Origin: Verrucomicrobia bacterium UBA2281
GTDB taxonomy: Bacteria > Verrucomicrobiota > Kiritimatiellia > CAIQIC01 > Lenti-01
NCBI GenBank assembly: GCA_002347655.1
Contig: DDWR01000009.1
Location: forward strand, 861 to 64,860
Length of the DNA: 64,000 nucleotides
Reading direction: 5' to 3'
Shown: piece after piece, positions 1 through 8,552 of the stretch
How the letters are laid out: each line of letters begins with the position of its first letter
Position numbering within the stretch: the stretch's first letter is position 1
Position numbers and translations under genes: made by a program
The notes under the pieces: model-generated
Databases searched by the model: none
The model's input: the letters and a program-made list of their open reading frames with translations, nothing else
What the model was told of the DNA's origin: nothing

Positions 1-1393
1 CGAAACTGAAGTTGTGGGTCTGCCGGAATTCGTAGAGATGGTCGGGCAGCAGATCGACCGTGGTGGCGGAAGTATTGTCGCCCTTGGCCTCGTATTCGTC
101 CACCGGCGTGCCGCCGGGCACGATCTGGTCCATGTCGAGGTTGCCCCACGACGCCGCGAAGAAGTTGACGTACTGGTTCTGCGTGTCGCCCGTGTTCAGG
201 TGGATGTAGACCGTGCTGTTGACGACGTTGGACATTTCCTTGTAGCCGATGACCGGCACCTGGTGGGCGCCGCCGAAGTAGGTGCCCCACGAACCGATGC
301 TGATGGGCCGCCCCGCGTTGATTTCGGTTTTGATGCTGCCCAGGTAGTTCGATTTTCCGGTCGTGGTGTTCGTCGGTCCGTGGTAGGTCGCGTTGAACGC
401 CAGCCCGTTGGTATTGTTGGAGAATTCCTCCAGGATGACGTCCTCGTCGCCCCGGCTGAGTCCGTAGTACTGGTGCGCCAGGGCCGCCACCACGTTCGAC
501 ACGAACGCCTGGTCGTGGCCGGGCGCCGCCGGCTGCGTCGGCTGCAGCAGCGGCGCGGTGCCGTTGTCGATCAGATTCCAGTACTGGACGCCCGACGAAT
601 AGGCATTGCGGTCCCAGTAGGCGAAGATGTCGGTGTTGGCCGTCGCCCAGCAGATGCCGCCCGCGCCGGCCGGGTAGTACATCGTCGGATTGTTCAGATA
701 GGTCGGCACCGCCGAGGTCGCATTGGTGGCGCCGGGAATATAATTCTCGGCCTTGACGCCGTCCGGCGGCGGGGCCGTCCCAACGTAGTCGAGGATGAGC
801 TGCGCGGGCGAACCGCCATACAAGCCCGCGCTTTCCACCGTCAGGATGGTCTGGTAGCCGCCGGACGACGCCGTGTTGCGCATCTGGATGGCGATGGGGT
901 TCCCGCTGGCCCAGCCGGGGCGGTTCACGATCTCCTGCACGATGGTCTTGATGTCCGGACTGGTATAGACGCCGTCCTCCGCCCAGGCCGAAGCCACGGT
1001 CCACGCCACGGCGGCGGTCGTGACCGAGCGCGCGCCGAGGTACGCGCCGACGTGGAAGGAATCCGTGGCGTCGTAGGCCTCGCCGCGCAGCGAAAACGCC
1101 GACGCCCCCGTGCCCGCCGCGTAGGCCTGGACGCGCAGATACGCGTGGGTGATGACCGTCTTGTTCGTCAGCGGGATGCCGGCGAACCGGAACGCGCCGA
1201 TCAAATAGGGCGCGGCATAGCCGGTGTAGTAGCCACAGGCCACGAACTCGGCGGTCCAGTTGTCGCTGGAAATGGTCAGCCCGTAGGCGTCGTCGTTCGC
1301 GTCGGACACGACGTTGGTGATGATGGCGGCGGGCGCGGAAACGGCGAGCGCGAGAAGCGCGGCCGACACCGGAATCCAGAGGCGCGGCTTCAC
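1..1393 (-). CDS. Secreted papain-fold cysteine peptidase, streptopain (C10)-like; 3' end runs off the window
   Basis: My own reverse translation from GTG at 1393 (GGAGG upstream) stays open to position 1. It is absent from the ORF track because there is no stop in the window. It has signal peptide VKPRLWIPVSAALLALAVSAPAA, candidate nucleophile GGICWATANTDIFAYWD and His motif FGGAHQVPVIGY. GTGA overlap with the upstream gene's stop. Confidence 0.6.
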   Translation of the reverse strand, partial: MKPRLWIPVSAALLALAVSAPAAIITNVVSDANDDAYGLTISSDNWTAEFVACGYYTGYAAPYLIGAFRFAGIPLTNKTVITHAYLRVQAYAAGTGASAFSLRGEAYDATDSFHVGAYLGARSVTTAAVAWTVASAWAEDGVYTSPDIKTIVQEIVNRPGWASGNPIAIQMRNTASSGGYQTILTVESAGLYGGSPAQLILDYVGTAPPPDGVKAENYIPGATNATSAVPTYLNNPTMYYPAGAGGICWATANTDIFAYWDRNAYSSGVQYWNLIDNGTAPLLQPTQPAAPGHDQAFVSNVVAALAHQYYGLSRGDEDVILEEFSNNTNGLAFNATYHGPTNTTTGKSNYLGSIKTEINAGRPISIGSWGTYFGGAHQVPVIGYKEMSNVVNSTVYIHLNTGDTQNQYVNFFAASWGNLDMDQIVPGGTPVDEYEAKGDNTSATTVDLLPDHLYEFRQTHNFSF

Positions 1394-2133
1394 GGCGTGC
1401 CTCCTTTCGCGCCGGCCGGCACGGCCAGCGGAATCACCGCCGTCGCCTTCGCGGCCCGGTAGGGCTGCCACGCCTCCGCGCACAGCCGTTCGCGCTCAGG
1501 ATCCGGAGCGGCGGCCGCCTTGCGGAGCTGCGCGCGCGCCTGCGCCTCACGCTCCGGCACCGCCGCCTGCGTCCGCAAATCCACCACCAGCGCTTCGCCT
1601 GCCCCAGAAGCCGGCTCCAGCACGAAAGCTTCGTCGAAGAATCCCAGTAGCAGGGGCCGGCGCACGCGCCACGCGACGCCGCGCTGCGCCCGGTCCGCCA
1701 AGGCCAGCGCATTGGCTTCGCGCACGAGATGTCCCGGCAAGCCCAGATGGCAGCGCAGGACCGGAGGTTCCGTGTCGTCCGCCGCGACGACGATCGTGGC
1801 AAACCGGTCTTCCCCGCGCAGTTCGGGTTCATAGCCCGTCGCGCCTTCGCCGGCGGCGGCGATGTCCGCCCGCGCCTTCGCGACGAATGCCGCCGGCGTT
1901 TCCGCCGCGGCGCGGCGCTTGGCCCCGCGCTCGAAAATGAAGGCGTACGCCGCCACGGCGCCGTTCAGATCATACAGCGGCACGTCGTCCGCCGCCGCCC
2001 ATTCCCCCGGATAGAACCGCGGCAGTTCGGCTTCCGCCGCGCGAAACGCGTCGTCCCGCGCCACCGGCGCCGCCGGCGCCGCCAGCGCCCAGCCCAACGC
2101 CATTCCCGCGATCGCCCAACCCAACGCCTTCAT
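1390..2133 (-). CDS. Secreted protein resembling the streptopain propeptide/Spi (I69) inhibitor domain
   Basis: Internal start MKALGWAIAGMALGWALAAPAAP (signal peptide) with AGGAGG upstream. PLYDLNGAVAAYAFIF and RFATIVVAADDTEPPVLRCHLGLP match the I69 pattern (..FvIvSaDdr.p.iLgYs..G). Translationally coupled to the peptidase. Confidence 0.5.
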   Translation of the reverse strand: MKALGWAIAGMALGWALAAPAAPVARDDAFRAAEAELPRFYPGEWAAADDVPLYDLNGAVAAYAFIFERGAKRRAAAETPAAFVAKARADIAAAGEGATGYEPELRGEDRFATIVVAADDTEPPVLRCHLGLPGHLVREANALALADRAQRGVAWRVRRPLLLGFFDEAFVLEPASGAGEALVVDLRTQAAVPEREAQARAQLRKAAAAPDPERERLCAEAWQPYRAAKATAVIPLAVPAGAKGGTP

Positions 2134-2272
2134 GCCCCGCCTCCTGGTTTTGCCGCTTCGGGCCATGCCGCGCCCAAACCGCACCCACAGGGTGCGCCGC
2201 GGCCCAAACCGGGTCAAGGAGATAGCGCGGAAAAACGCGCTTGGACTTTCTCGGATCAAGCCCCGCGGCGGC

Positions 2273-3388
2273 TCAGCCCACCCGGCGATAGACGTCCCAG
2301 GTTTGGCGCGCGGTTTCTTCCCAGGTGAATTTCTTCGCCTGGTCGAAGCCGGCGGCGCGCAGGCGCGCGGCGCGGGCGGAATCGTTCAGCACGGCGCGGA
2401 CGGCCGCGGCCCAGGCTTCGACGTCGAAGCCGTCCACCCATTCGGCGGCGTCGCCGAGCACTTCGGGCAGGGAGCTGTGGCGCGCGGACACCACCGGCGT
2501 GCCGCGGCCCATCGCCTCGAGCGGCGGAAAACCGAAGCCTTCGTAACGCGTCGGAAAGACGAATGCCGCGGCCCCGGCGTAGAGCGCCGAAAGTTGCGCA
2601 TCGCTCAGGTGCTTCAAGAGCTTGATCCCGTCCCGGCGCGGCGAATCGGCAATGGCCTTCAGCGTGGGGCCGGTCTTCCAGCCGAGGCCGCCGGCCAGCA
2701 CCAGGTCGCCGTCGAAGTCCCGCAGTGCTTCGTAGATTTTCACGAGGAACGGGATGTTCTTGCGCGGCTCGATCGTGCCGACCATCAGCAGGTACGGCTT
2801 TTCCAGTCCCAGCGCCTGGCGCGCGGCCGCGACGGCTTCCGGCGCGGGCGGCGGCCCGAACTGCGGCAGGCCCAGCCACACGGGAAACACTTTCGATTCC
2901 GGCACCTTCAGCAGTTCGACGATTTCGCGTGCCGAGAAATGGCTGTCCGTCAGGATCGCGTCGGCGCGTTCGGCGGTGGCGTGGATCTCCGCGGAGAGCC
3001 AGGCGAGATTCTTGGCTTCCGTCGTCTCGGGCATGCGCAGGAACGACACGTCGTGGATGGTCACGACGGATTTCCGGCCGCGCCCGAGCGGCGGGCGGAT
3101 GAAGTTGGGAAAGTGGTAGAGATCGGCCTTCCCCGCGAACCATTCGTAGGGCGGAAACCCGAGGCGTTTCCACGCGGCCTGCGCGACGCGCCCGGGCATC
3201 CAGCGGCACGAGCGCATTTCCACGCCCGGCGGAACGGCGTCCAGTCCGATGCGCTTGAAGTCGAAGTAGAACGCCGCCAGCTTGTCCGCGCCCTTTTCCG
3301 CCCCCAGGTGGAAAAGCAGTTCGCGCACGTAGCGGCCGACGCCCGCACGCTGGCCCAGCGCCGCCTGGATGTCCATGCAGACCTTCAT
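2273..3388 (-). CDS. Glycosyltransferase family 4 (GT-B, Glycos_transf_1)
   Basis: 371 aa. Motifs GVGRYVRELL, LLMVGTIEPRKN and FVFPTRYEGFGFPPLEAMGRGTPVV are typical of GT4. Confidence 0.9.
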   Translation of the reverse strand: MKVCMDIQAALGQRAGVGRYVRELLFHLGAEKGADKLAAFYFDFKRIGLDAVPPGVEMRSCRWMPGRVAQAAWKRLGFPPYEWFAGKADLYHFPNFIRPPLGRGRKSVVTIHDVSFLRMPETTEAKNLAWLSAEIHATAERADAILTDSHFSAREIVELLKVPESKVFPVWLGLPQFGPPPAPEAVAAARQALGLEKPYLLMVGTIEPRKNIPFLVKIYEALRDFDGDLVLAGGLGWKTGPTLKAIADSPRRDGIKLLKHLSDAQLSALYAGAAAFVFPTRYEGFGFPPLEAMGRGTPVVSARHSSLPEVLGDAAEWVDGFDVEAWAAAVRAVLNDSARAARLRAAGFDQAKKFTWEETARQTWDVYRRVG

Positions 3389-3519
3389 CGCACCCCTTTA
3401 TACCGCAGCGGCGGCAAAAGATGAAGCGCCGCGTGCATTCCGATCTCAATCCGCGGATGCCCGTTCCCCCACGCTGTGGAACATCCACATGTCGCACTCC
3501 GGGGGCGCCGGCCAACAAT

Positions 3520-3547
3520 AACTATAGTATTTGCAACTACTATAGTT
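3520..3547. promoter_or_regulatory. Perfect 9-bp inverted repeat AACTATAGT-N10-ACTATAGTT in an AT-rich divergent intergenic region (candidate operator)
   Basis: Read directly from the sequence. A related direct repeat of TTGCAAC(T/C)AC lies at 3531-3540 and about 3585. Located between divergent genes 2273-3388(-) and 3702-4721(+). Confidence 0.35.
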
Positions 3548-3701
3548 TTCGGGCCCGAAACCAAACCAATAATAGTTGCAACCACCAGAGGTTTGGCCTT
3601 CCTTGCTGAAACGTGACTTCGGTGTTTACGGCACCGTCCGCCGCGATGGACTTGCACGTTCTTGGATTGTGTTTTTTCGCCTGCTTTTGCATCCTGCTCT
3701 C

Positions 3702-4721
3702 ATGGACGAAGCCCCGCAACAACCGCCACCGACCGGACGGAAAAAGATCCGCCTGACGAAATCCGAAGCCTACGCCATGCAGCTTTCGTCGCCCCGGAAA
3801 AAGCGCATCGCGTTCGGCGCAGTCGGACTGGCGATTGCCGCCGCGCTCGCCGCCGCGCTGTGGCATTTCCAGGATGGATGGCTGCCCTACTGGCTACCGG
3901 AAAAGGCCGAAACCGCACCGGCCGACGCGCCGGAAACCGCGCCGGTCCCGGCAGCCGCCCCAACGGCTCTCTCACTTCCGGCCGCAATTGATCCGGCCGC
4001 TCCGGCCGAAGCCCCGGCCACGCTGGACTTCTTGACGGCCACGGTCTGGGACCATCCCGAGTTTCTTCGCGGCGTGCGCCTGTTCAACCAGGCGCTCGAC
4101 CGCTACCGCGCCTACCAGCGCGACGGCCGACCGCGCGAACTGTTGCAACAGATCGACGACGGCGCGCTACAGGCCGCCGCCGCGTTCGGGAAACTCCGCG
4201 CAGAGGCGCCCGCCGGCGTGCCGCTGGCCGAATACGTTCGGCGCAGCCATACGTTGGCCCAGGCCGCGCGCGACCTGGCCCGGCCCGCCGTTGCGCCGGC
4301 GCCCGCGGCGACGGCCGCGGTCCCGCCGGCGCGCCCGCGGCCCACGGCGCCGCCGCCGAAAGCCGGCGAAGCCTGGCAAGACCCCGACTATCTGGAAGGC
4401 GCCCGCCTATTCAACCAGGCGCTGGCGCAGTACCAGCAGTTCCTCGCGGACAAATCGCGCCTGGCGTTGCTGGCCGCCATCGAAGAAACCGCGTTCCAGG
4501 CCGTGAAAAAGTTCGAAGCGCTGCAAGGGCTGGCCCCCACGAACGTGCCGTTGGGAGACAATATTTCCCAGTGCTACCGCCTGATCAGCGACTGCCGCCG
4601 CCAGAATCTGGAAGCCGGCGGCGCCGGCCCCGGCGGAACAGATCACGACGGCGGCGCGCGCGGCAAGGTCGTGGGCCCCAACCGCCGCCCCGCCCTGCCC
4701 GCCTACCAGCCGGCGCCATAG
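3702..4721 (+). CDS. Membrane-anchored hypothetical protein with two tandem copies of a W.DP(E/D)(F/Y)L.G.RLFNQAL helical domain
   Basis: The tail of ORF 3576-4721 is coding-like. One TM helix (IAFGAVGLAIAAALAAALW). The internal duplication is visible in the protein. Start is uncertain (3702 or 3777). Confidence 0.55.
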   Translation: MDEAPQQPPPTGRKKIRLTKSEAYAMQLSSPRKKRIAFGAVGLAIAAALAAALWHFQDGWLPYWLPEKAETAPADAPETAPVPAAAPTALSLPAAIDPAAPAEAPATLDFLTATVWDHPEFLRGVRLFNQALDRYRAYQRDGRPRELLQQIDDGALQAAAAFGKLRAEAPAGVPLAEYVRRSHTLAQAARDLARPAVAPAPAATAAVPPARPRPTAPPPKAGEAWQDPDYLEGARLFNQALAQYQQFLADKSRLALLAAIEETAFQAVKKFEALQGLAPTNVPLGDNISQCYRLISDCRRQNLEAGGAGPGGTDHDGGARGKVVGPNRRPALPAYQPAP

Positions 4722-4815
4722 AACTTTTCCGGCTTGTGGCGGCGGACCCCGTCGGGGACCGGCAGAAGCAGAACAAGAACCGGACCGGCCTCCGCGAGGC
4801 TGGCTGCAATCCCCA

Positions 4816-6045
4816 TCAAATGCGCGTGCCGGGCGGGATGACGGCATTTTTCGGAATGACGATCACGCCGTCCTGCACGGTATAGAGATCGGTGACGACG
4901 TCGGCCTTGCCGTCGGGCGTGACGTAGCAGCCGTCGCCGATGCGCGCGTTCTTGTCGACGATGGCGTTGCGGATGAAGCAGTCGCGGCCGACGCCCATCG
5001 GAATCTCTTCCGGAGACAGATCCTTGGGATCGTAGTAGTCCGCGCCCATCATGACGGTGTGCTCGATCACGCTGCCCTCGCCGACCTTGGCGCGGACGCC
5101 GATGATGGACCGCAGGATGCGATGGCCGCTGATGATGCAGCCTTCGCTCAGCAGCGCGCGGTTCAGGTCGCAGCCGTTGATCTTGGACGGCGGCAGATAG
5201 CGCATGTGGGTGTAGACCGGCGCGTTGGCGTCGTAGAGGTTGAACTGCGGCAGCGGCTCGGCCAGCTCCATGTTCGCCTCCCAGAACGCGCGGATCGTTC
5301 CGATGTCGCGCCAGTAGCCGTCGAACAGATAGCGGTAGACCGCGCGGTTCTGGATGGCCGCGGGAATGATGTTCTTGCCGAAATCCTTGGCGTCGTTGTC
5401 CAGCAGTTCCAGCAACACCTTCGTGTCGAACACGTAGATGCCCATGCTGGCCAGATAGCGCTCGGGGCCGGGACCGGGCTCGCGCAGCTCGTCGAGCTGC
5501 GGCGTGTCGCCGGGCTTTTCGACGAAGCGCACGATGCGGTCCTGGGCATCGGCCTGCATGATGCCCAACGCGCCGGCTTCGGCGCGCGGCACCGGCTTGG
5601 TGCAGATCGTCACTTCGGCTTTGTTGCGGACGTGCTCCTCCAGCACCGGGCGGAAATCCATCTGGTAGAGCTGGTCGCCCGAAAGAATGACGACCTGGTC
5701 GGGTTGCCGGTCGAGGATGTAGCGCAAGCCCTGCCGCACGGCGTCCGCCGTGCCCTGGAACCAGGTTTCGCTGCCCGGCGTCTGCTGCGCTGCGAGGATC
5801 CGCACGTACCCGCTGTGGAACTGGTCGAAGACGTAGGTGCCCTGCACGTGCTGGTGCAGCGAGACGCTGTTGAACTGCGTCAAGACGTAGATGCGCCGGA
5901 TGCCGCTGTTGATGCAGTTGCTGACGGGAATGTCCACTAGGCGGTACTTGCCCGCCAGCGGAACCGCCGGTTTGCACCGGTCGCGCGTCAACGGCTGCAA
6001 TCGCTTGCCTTCCCCTCCGCCCAACACCACGCCGACCACGTTCAT
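4816..6045 (-). CDS. glgC: Glucose-1-phosphate adenylyltransferase
   Basis: 409 aa. Motifs VLGGGEGKRLQPLTRDRCKPAVPLAGKYRLVDIPVSNCINSG and FVEKP, plus the C-terminal left-handed beta-helix region. Confidence 0.95.
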   Translation of the reverse strand: MNVVGVVLGGGEGKRLQPLTRDRCKPAVPLAGKYRLVDIPVSNCINSGIRRIYVLTQFNSVSLHQHVQGTYVFDQFHSGYVRILAAQQTPGSETWFQGTADAVRQGLRYILDRQPDQVVILSGDQLYQMDFRPVLEEHVRNKAEVTICTKPVPRAEAGALGIMQADAQDRIVRFVEKPGDTPQLDELREPGPGPERYLASMGIYVFDTKVLLELLDNDAKDFGKNIIPAAIQNRAVYRYLFDGYWRDIGTIRAFWEANMELAEPLPQFNLYDANAPVYTHMRYLPPSKINGCDLNRALLSEGCIISGHRILRSIIGVRAKVGEGSVIEHTVMMGADYYDPKDLSPEEIPMGVGRDCFIRNAIVDKNARIGDGCYVTPDGKADVVTDLYTVQDGVIVIPKNAVIPPGTRI

Positions 6046-6126
6046 CGTCCACCTCTTGCCAGCCGGCAGGTGGATTCCCGCCAGCCATCGTGAACAGTAT
6101 CCGCACCTCGCCCAGTCAAATCAACC

Positions 6127-6147
6127 GTAAAACGGCGGCCGTTTTAC
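6127..6147 (-). terminator. Hairpin GTAAAACGG-N3-CCGTTTTAC just downstream of the channel gene stop (candidate operon terminator)
   Basis: 8-bp stem read from the sequence, followed on the minus strand by GGTTGATTTG. The U-tract is weak. The arms share the heptamer GTTTTAC/GTAAAAC with the 31-bp repeat family. Confidence 0.35.
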
Positions 6148-6153
6148 CTCGTT

Positions 6154-7767
6154 TTACCGGACGCCGCCGCCCACCAGCCGCCAGAAGCGCCGCAAGATGC
6201 CGTCGCGCGACAAAGCCTGTTCCCCCGGCGCCGCGCCGGCCGCCAAGGCGTCTTCGAGCTGCCGGCGGTTCTGCTGGACCCGTTCGGCCACCAGCTGGCT
6301 GACCTGCTCGACCAGCCCCGCGTGCTTGCCCAGCAGCTCCGCGAATTCCGGCGCGGGGATCTGCAGCAATTCCGCCGATTCCGCCGCCGCGATCTCCGCC
6401 GTGCGCGGCAGGCCCGTCATCAGGCTCATTTCGCCGACCACCGCGCCCGCGCCGACTTCGAACGTCGTCGTTTGGCCCGACTCCCGGTGCGCGATGCGGC
6501 CGGCCAACCGGCCCGCCAAAACGACGTAGCAGCAGTCGCCCGCATCGCCCTGCCGGAACACCGTTTCGCCCTGGCCGTAGAGCTGGCTCGCCAGCCGGCC
6601 CGCCCAGGCCGCCAGATCCGCCGCAGGCACCAGCGGCTGGCCGTCCGCGCCGGCCAAGACCTTCTTGGCGAAATCGCTCTGCAGCAGCCCGGCCGCGCGG
6701 CGCCGGGCTTCGGGCTCTGCCGCCGGCGCCGCCGCCGGCGGCACGGCGCGCTTCATGAAGTCGTTGAGCACCTGGTCCGTCACCGGATACGGGATGTCGA
6801 TGCCGGCGCGGCGGAACTGGTACCAGACATGCCGCCGCACTTCGGCCAGCGTCGGATCGCGGAACGGATAGTCGTCCACCCAGATGCGCAGTTCATAGCC
6901 GATGCCGTAGCTCTTGAAATCCAGCAGGAGCGCGGCCGGTTCCGGCGTCCGGCGCACCGCGGGCACCGCCGCGGCGGCCGCTTGCAGCGCGGCGAGCACG
7001 CGATCGGGCGGCGCGTCGTAGCTGGCATCCACCAATACCGAGCAGCGGCGCGGCTCCGCCGGCCGGCTCAGGTGCCGGATGCGGGCCTCCGCGACCTTGG
7101 CGTTGGGCACGCGCACGGGAATCTGGTCGCGCGTCGTCAGCCAGGTTTCCCGCCAGTTCATCTCGGTAACGCGGCCTTCGAGTTCGTCGATGGCCACCCA
7201 GTCGCCGGGTGCCAGCGAGCCGGTCAGGTTCAGCGACATGCCGGCCAGCAGGTTGCCCAGCACGCCTTGCAGCGCGAAGCCGACCACCGCCGTAACCAGC
7301 GCGGTGGAGGCCAGCAGCGGCGCAACGTTCCAGCCCAGTTCGAAACGCAGGGCGCAGAACGCGGCCAGCGCCGCCATGCCCAGCCGCAGCACGCCGCGCA
7401 GCAACGCCGGCAACGCCTGGCCCTTCCAGGCGAGGATCTGCCGAAAGGTTGCCTCGCCGAGGGCGTAGGCCAGCAACAGCAGCCAGAACAGGATCCACGC
7501 CCCGGCATGGGCGGCCGGGAACCGCTCCGCCCACGTCGCGCCGGCCCACGCCGGCAAGCGCAGCGCCAGCGCGCCCAGCCCCAGCGCCAGCAACGGGAAC
7601 GGCAGGCTTTCCAGCGCCGCCCACAGCCACTTCCCCGCCAGCCCCCTTGCGGCCTGCGCGCGGCGCGCCAGCGCCCGACGCGGCGCGGCCGCCAGGCCCA
7701 GCGCCGCCAGCGCCGCCAAGATCAAGGCCGCCGCTTCCGCGAACCGGAACCAAATCGCGCTATTCAT
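6154..7767 (-). CDS. MscS-family mechanosensitive channel with C-terminal cyclic-nucleotide-binding domain (bCNG-type)
   Basis: MscS core: GNLLAGMSLNLTGSLAPGDWVAIDELEGRVTEMNWRETWL. cNMP domain with phosphate-binding cassette: VGEMSLMTGLPRTAEIAA. Confidence 0.9.
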   Translation of the reverse strand: MNSAIWFRFAEAAALILAALAALGLAAAPRRALARRAQAARGLAGKWLWAALESLPFPLLALGLGALALRLPAWAGATWAERFPAAHAGAWILFWLLLLAYALGEATFRQILAWKGQALPALLRGVLRLGMAALAAFCALRFELGWNVAPLLASTALVTAVVGFALQGVLGNLLAGMSLNLTGSLAPGDWVAIDELEGRVTEMNWRETWLTTRDQIPVRVPNAKVAEARIRHLSRPAEPRRCSVLVDASYDAPPDRVLAALQAAAAAVPAVRRTPEPAALLLDFKSYGIGYELRIWVDDYPFRDPTLAEVRRHVWYQFRRAGIDIPYPVTDQVLNDFMKRAVPPAAAPAAEPEARRRAAGLLQSDFAKKVLAGADGQPLVPAADLAAWAGRLASQLYGQGETVFRQGDAGDCCYVVLAGRLAGRIAHRESGQTTTFEVGAGAVVGEMSLMTGLPRTAEIAAAESAELLQIPAPEFAELLGKHAGLVEQVSQLVAERVQQNRRQLEDALAAGAAPGEQALSRDGILRRFWRLVGGGVR

Positions 7768-8542
7768 GCAACGTCTCCGTCATGCGTTCGCCCGCCGGCA
7801 CCGTCGCGCCTTTGAACGCCGCGGCCGCGTCGGCGGCCAGCGCGTCGATCTCGGCATCGGTCCGGCCGGGCGCGTGGTGGATCAACCAAAGCTTCGCCGC
7901 GCCGCAGCGGCGCGCGGCCTCGGCGGCATCGGCCCAAGTGCTGTGGCCCCAGCCGCGGTGCGCCGCGTATTCGTCGGGCCGGAACTGCGCATCGAACGCC
8001 AGCAGGTCCGCGCCGCGCGCGAACGCGGCGAAGGCATCCTGCGCGCGCGGGGTCATCGCCGCCCATTCGACGTCCGTGGCCACCACCGCGCACGCGCCGG
8101 TCGCCGGCTCGTCGATGCGGTAGGCCAGGCAGCCGTCGGGATGCGCGAGCGCGTGCCAGCCGATCCGGAGGCCGCCGACGTCCAGCGGAGCCGTCGGCAC
8201 GGGATACTCCGCGGCCGGCAGCTTGACCGGCCAAACCGGCGGTGAAAACACCCGTTCCAGCGCCGGTCGCAAATCGCCGTGCGGAAACACCAGTTGCTTC
8301 GGCCATGCGTCCGCCAGCGCCGGCAATCCGATGAGATGGTCCAGATGGACGTGGGTGAAAAACAGCGTGCCGCCGGGTCGCAAGCGGTCCGTCAGGTTGC
8401 GGACGCCGCTGCCGGCGTCGATCAGCGCCTGCGCGCCGTCCCGGCTTTCCGCCAGCAGCGCGAACGTGTCGCCGCCGTAGCGGATTTTATCCGCGCCCGA
8501 GACGGGGAAACTGCCGCGCGCGCCGCCCAGGATGATTTTCAT
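7760..8542 (-). CDS. MBL-fold metallo-hydrolase; candidate class II-like cyclic-nucleotide phosphodiesterase
   Basis: THVHLDHLIGL (HxHxDH), N-terminal KIILGGARGS and LIDAGSG. 8-nt overlap with the channel gene start. Confidence 0.85.
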   Translation of the reverse strand: MKIILGGARGSFPVSGADKIRYGGDTFALLAESRDGAQALIDAGSGVRNLTDRLRPGGTLFFTHVHLDHLIGLPALADAWPKQLVFPHGDLRPALERVFSPPVWPVKLPAAEYPVPTAPLDVGGLRIGWHALAHPDGCLAYRIDEPATGACAVVATDVEWAAMTPRAQDAFAAFARGADLLAFDAQFRPDEYAAHRGWGHSTWADAAEAARRCGAAKLWLIHHAPGRTDAEIDALAADAAAAFKGATVPAGERMTETLHE

Positions 8543-8552
8543 GCCGCGGCCC

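Noticed and set aside
14-1462. 482-aa plus-strand ORF at the window start
   Set aside because: Antisense to the peptidase gene. It has no motifs, and the minus frame has a signal peptide, SD and catalytic Cys/His.
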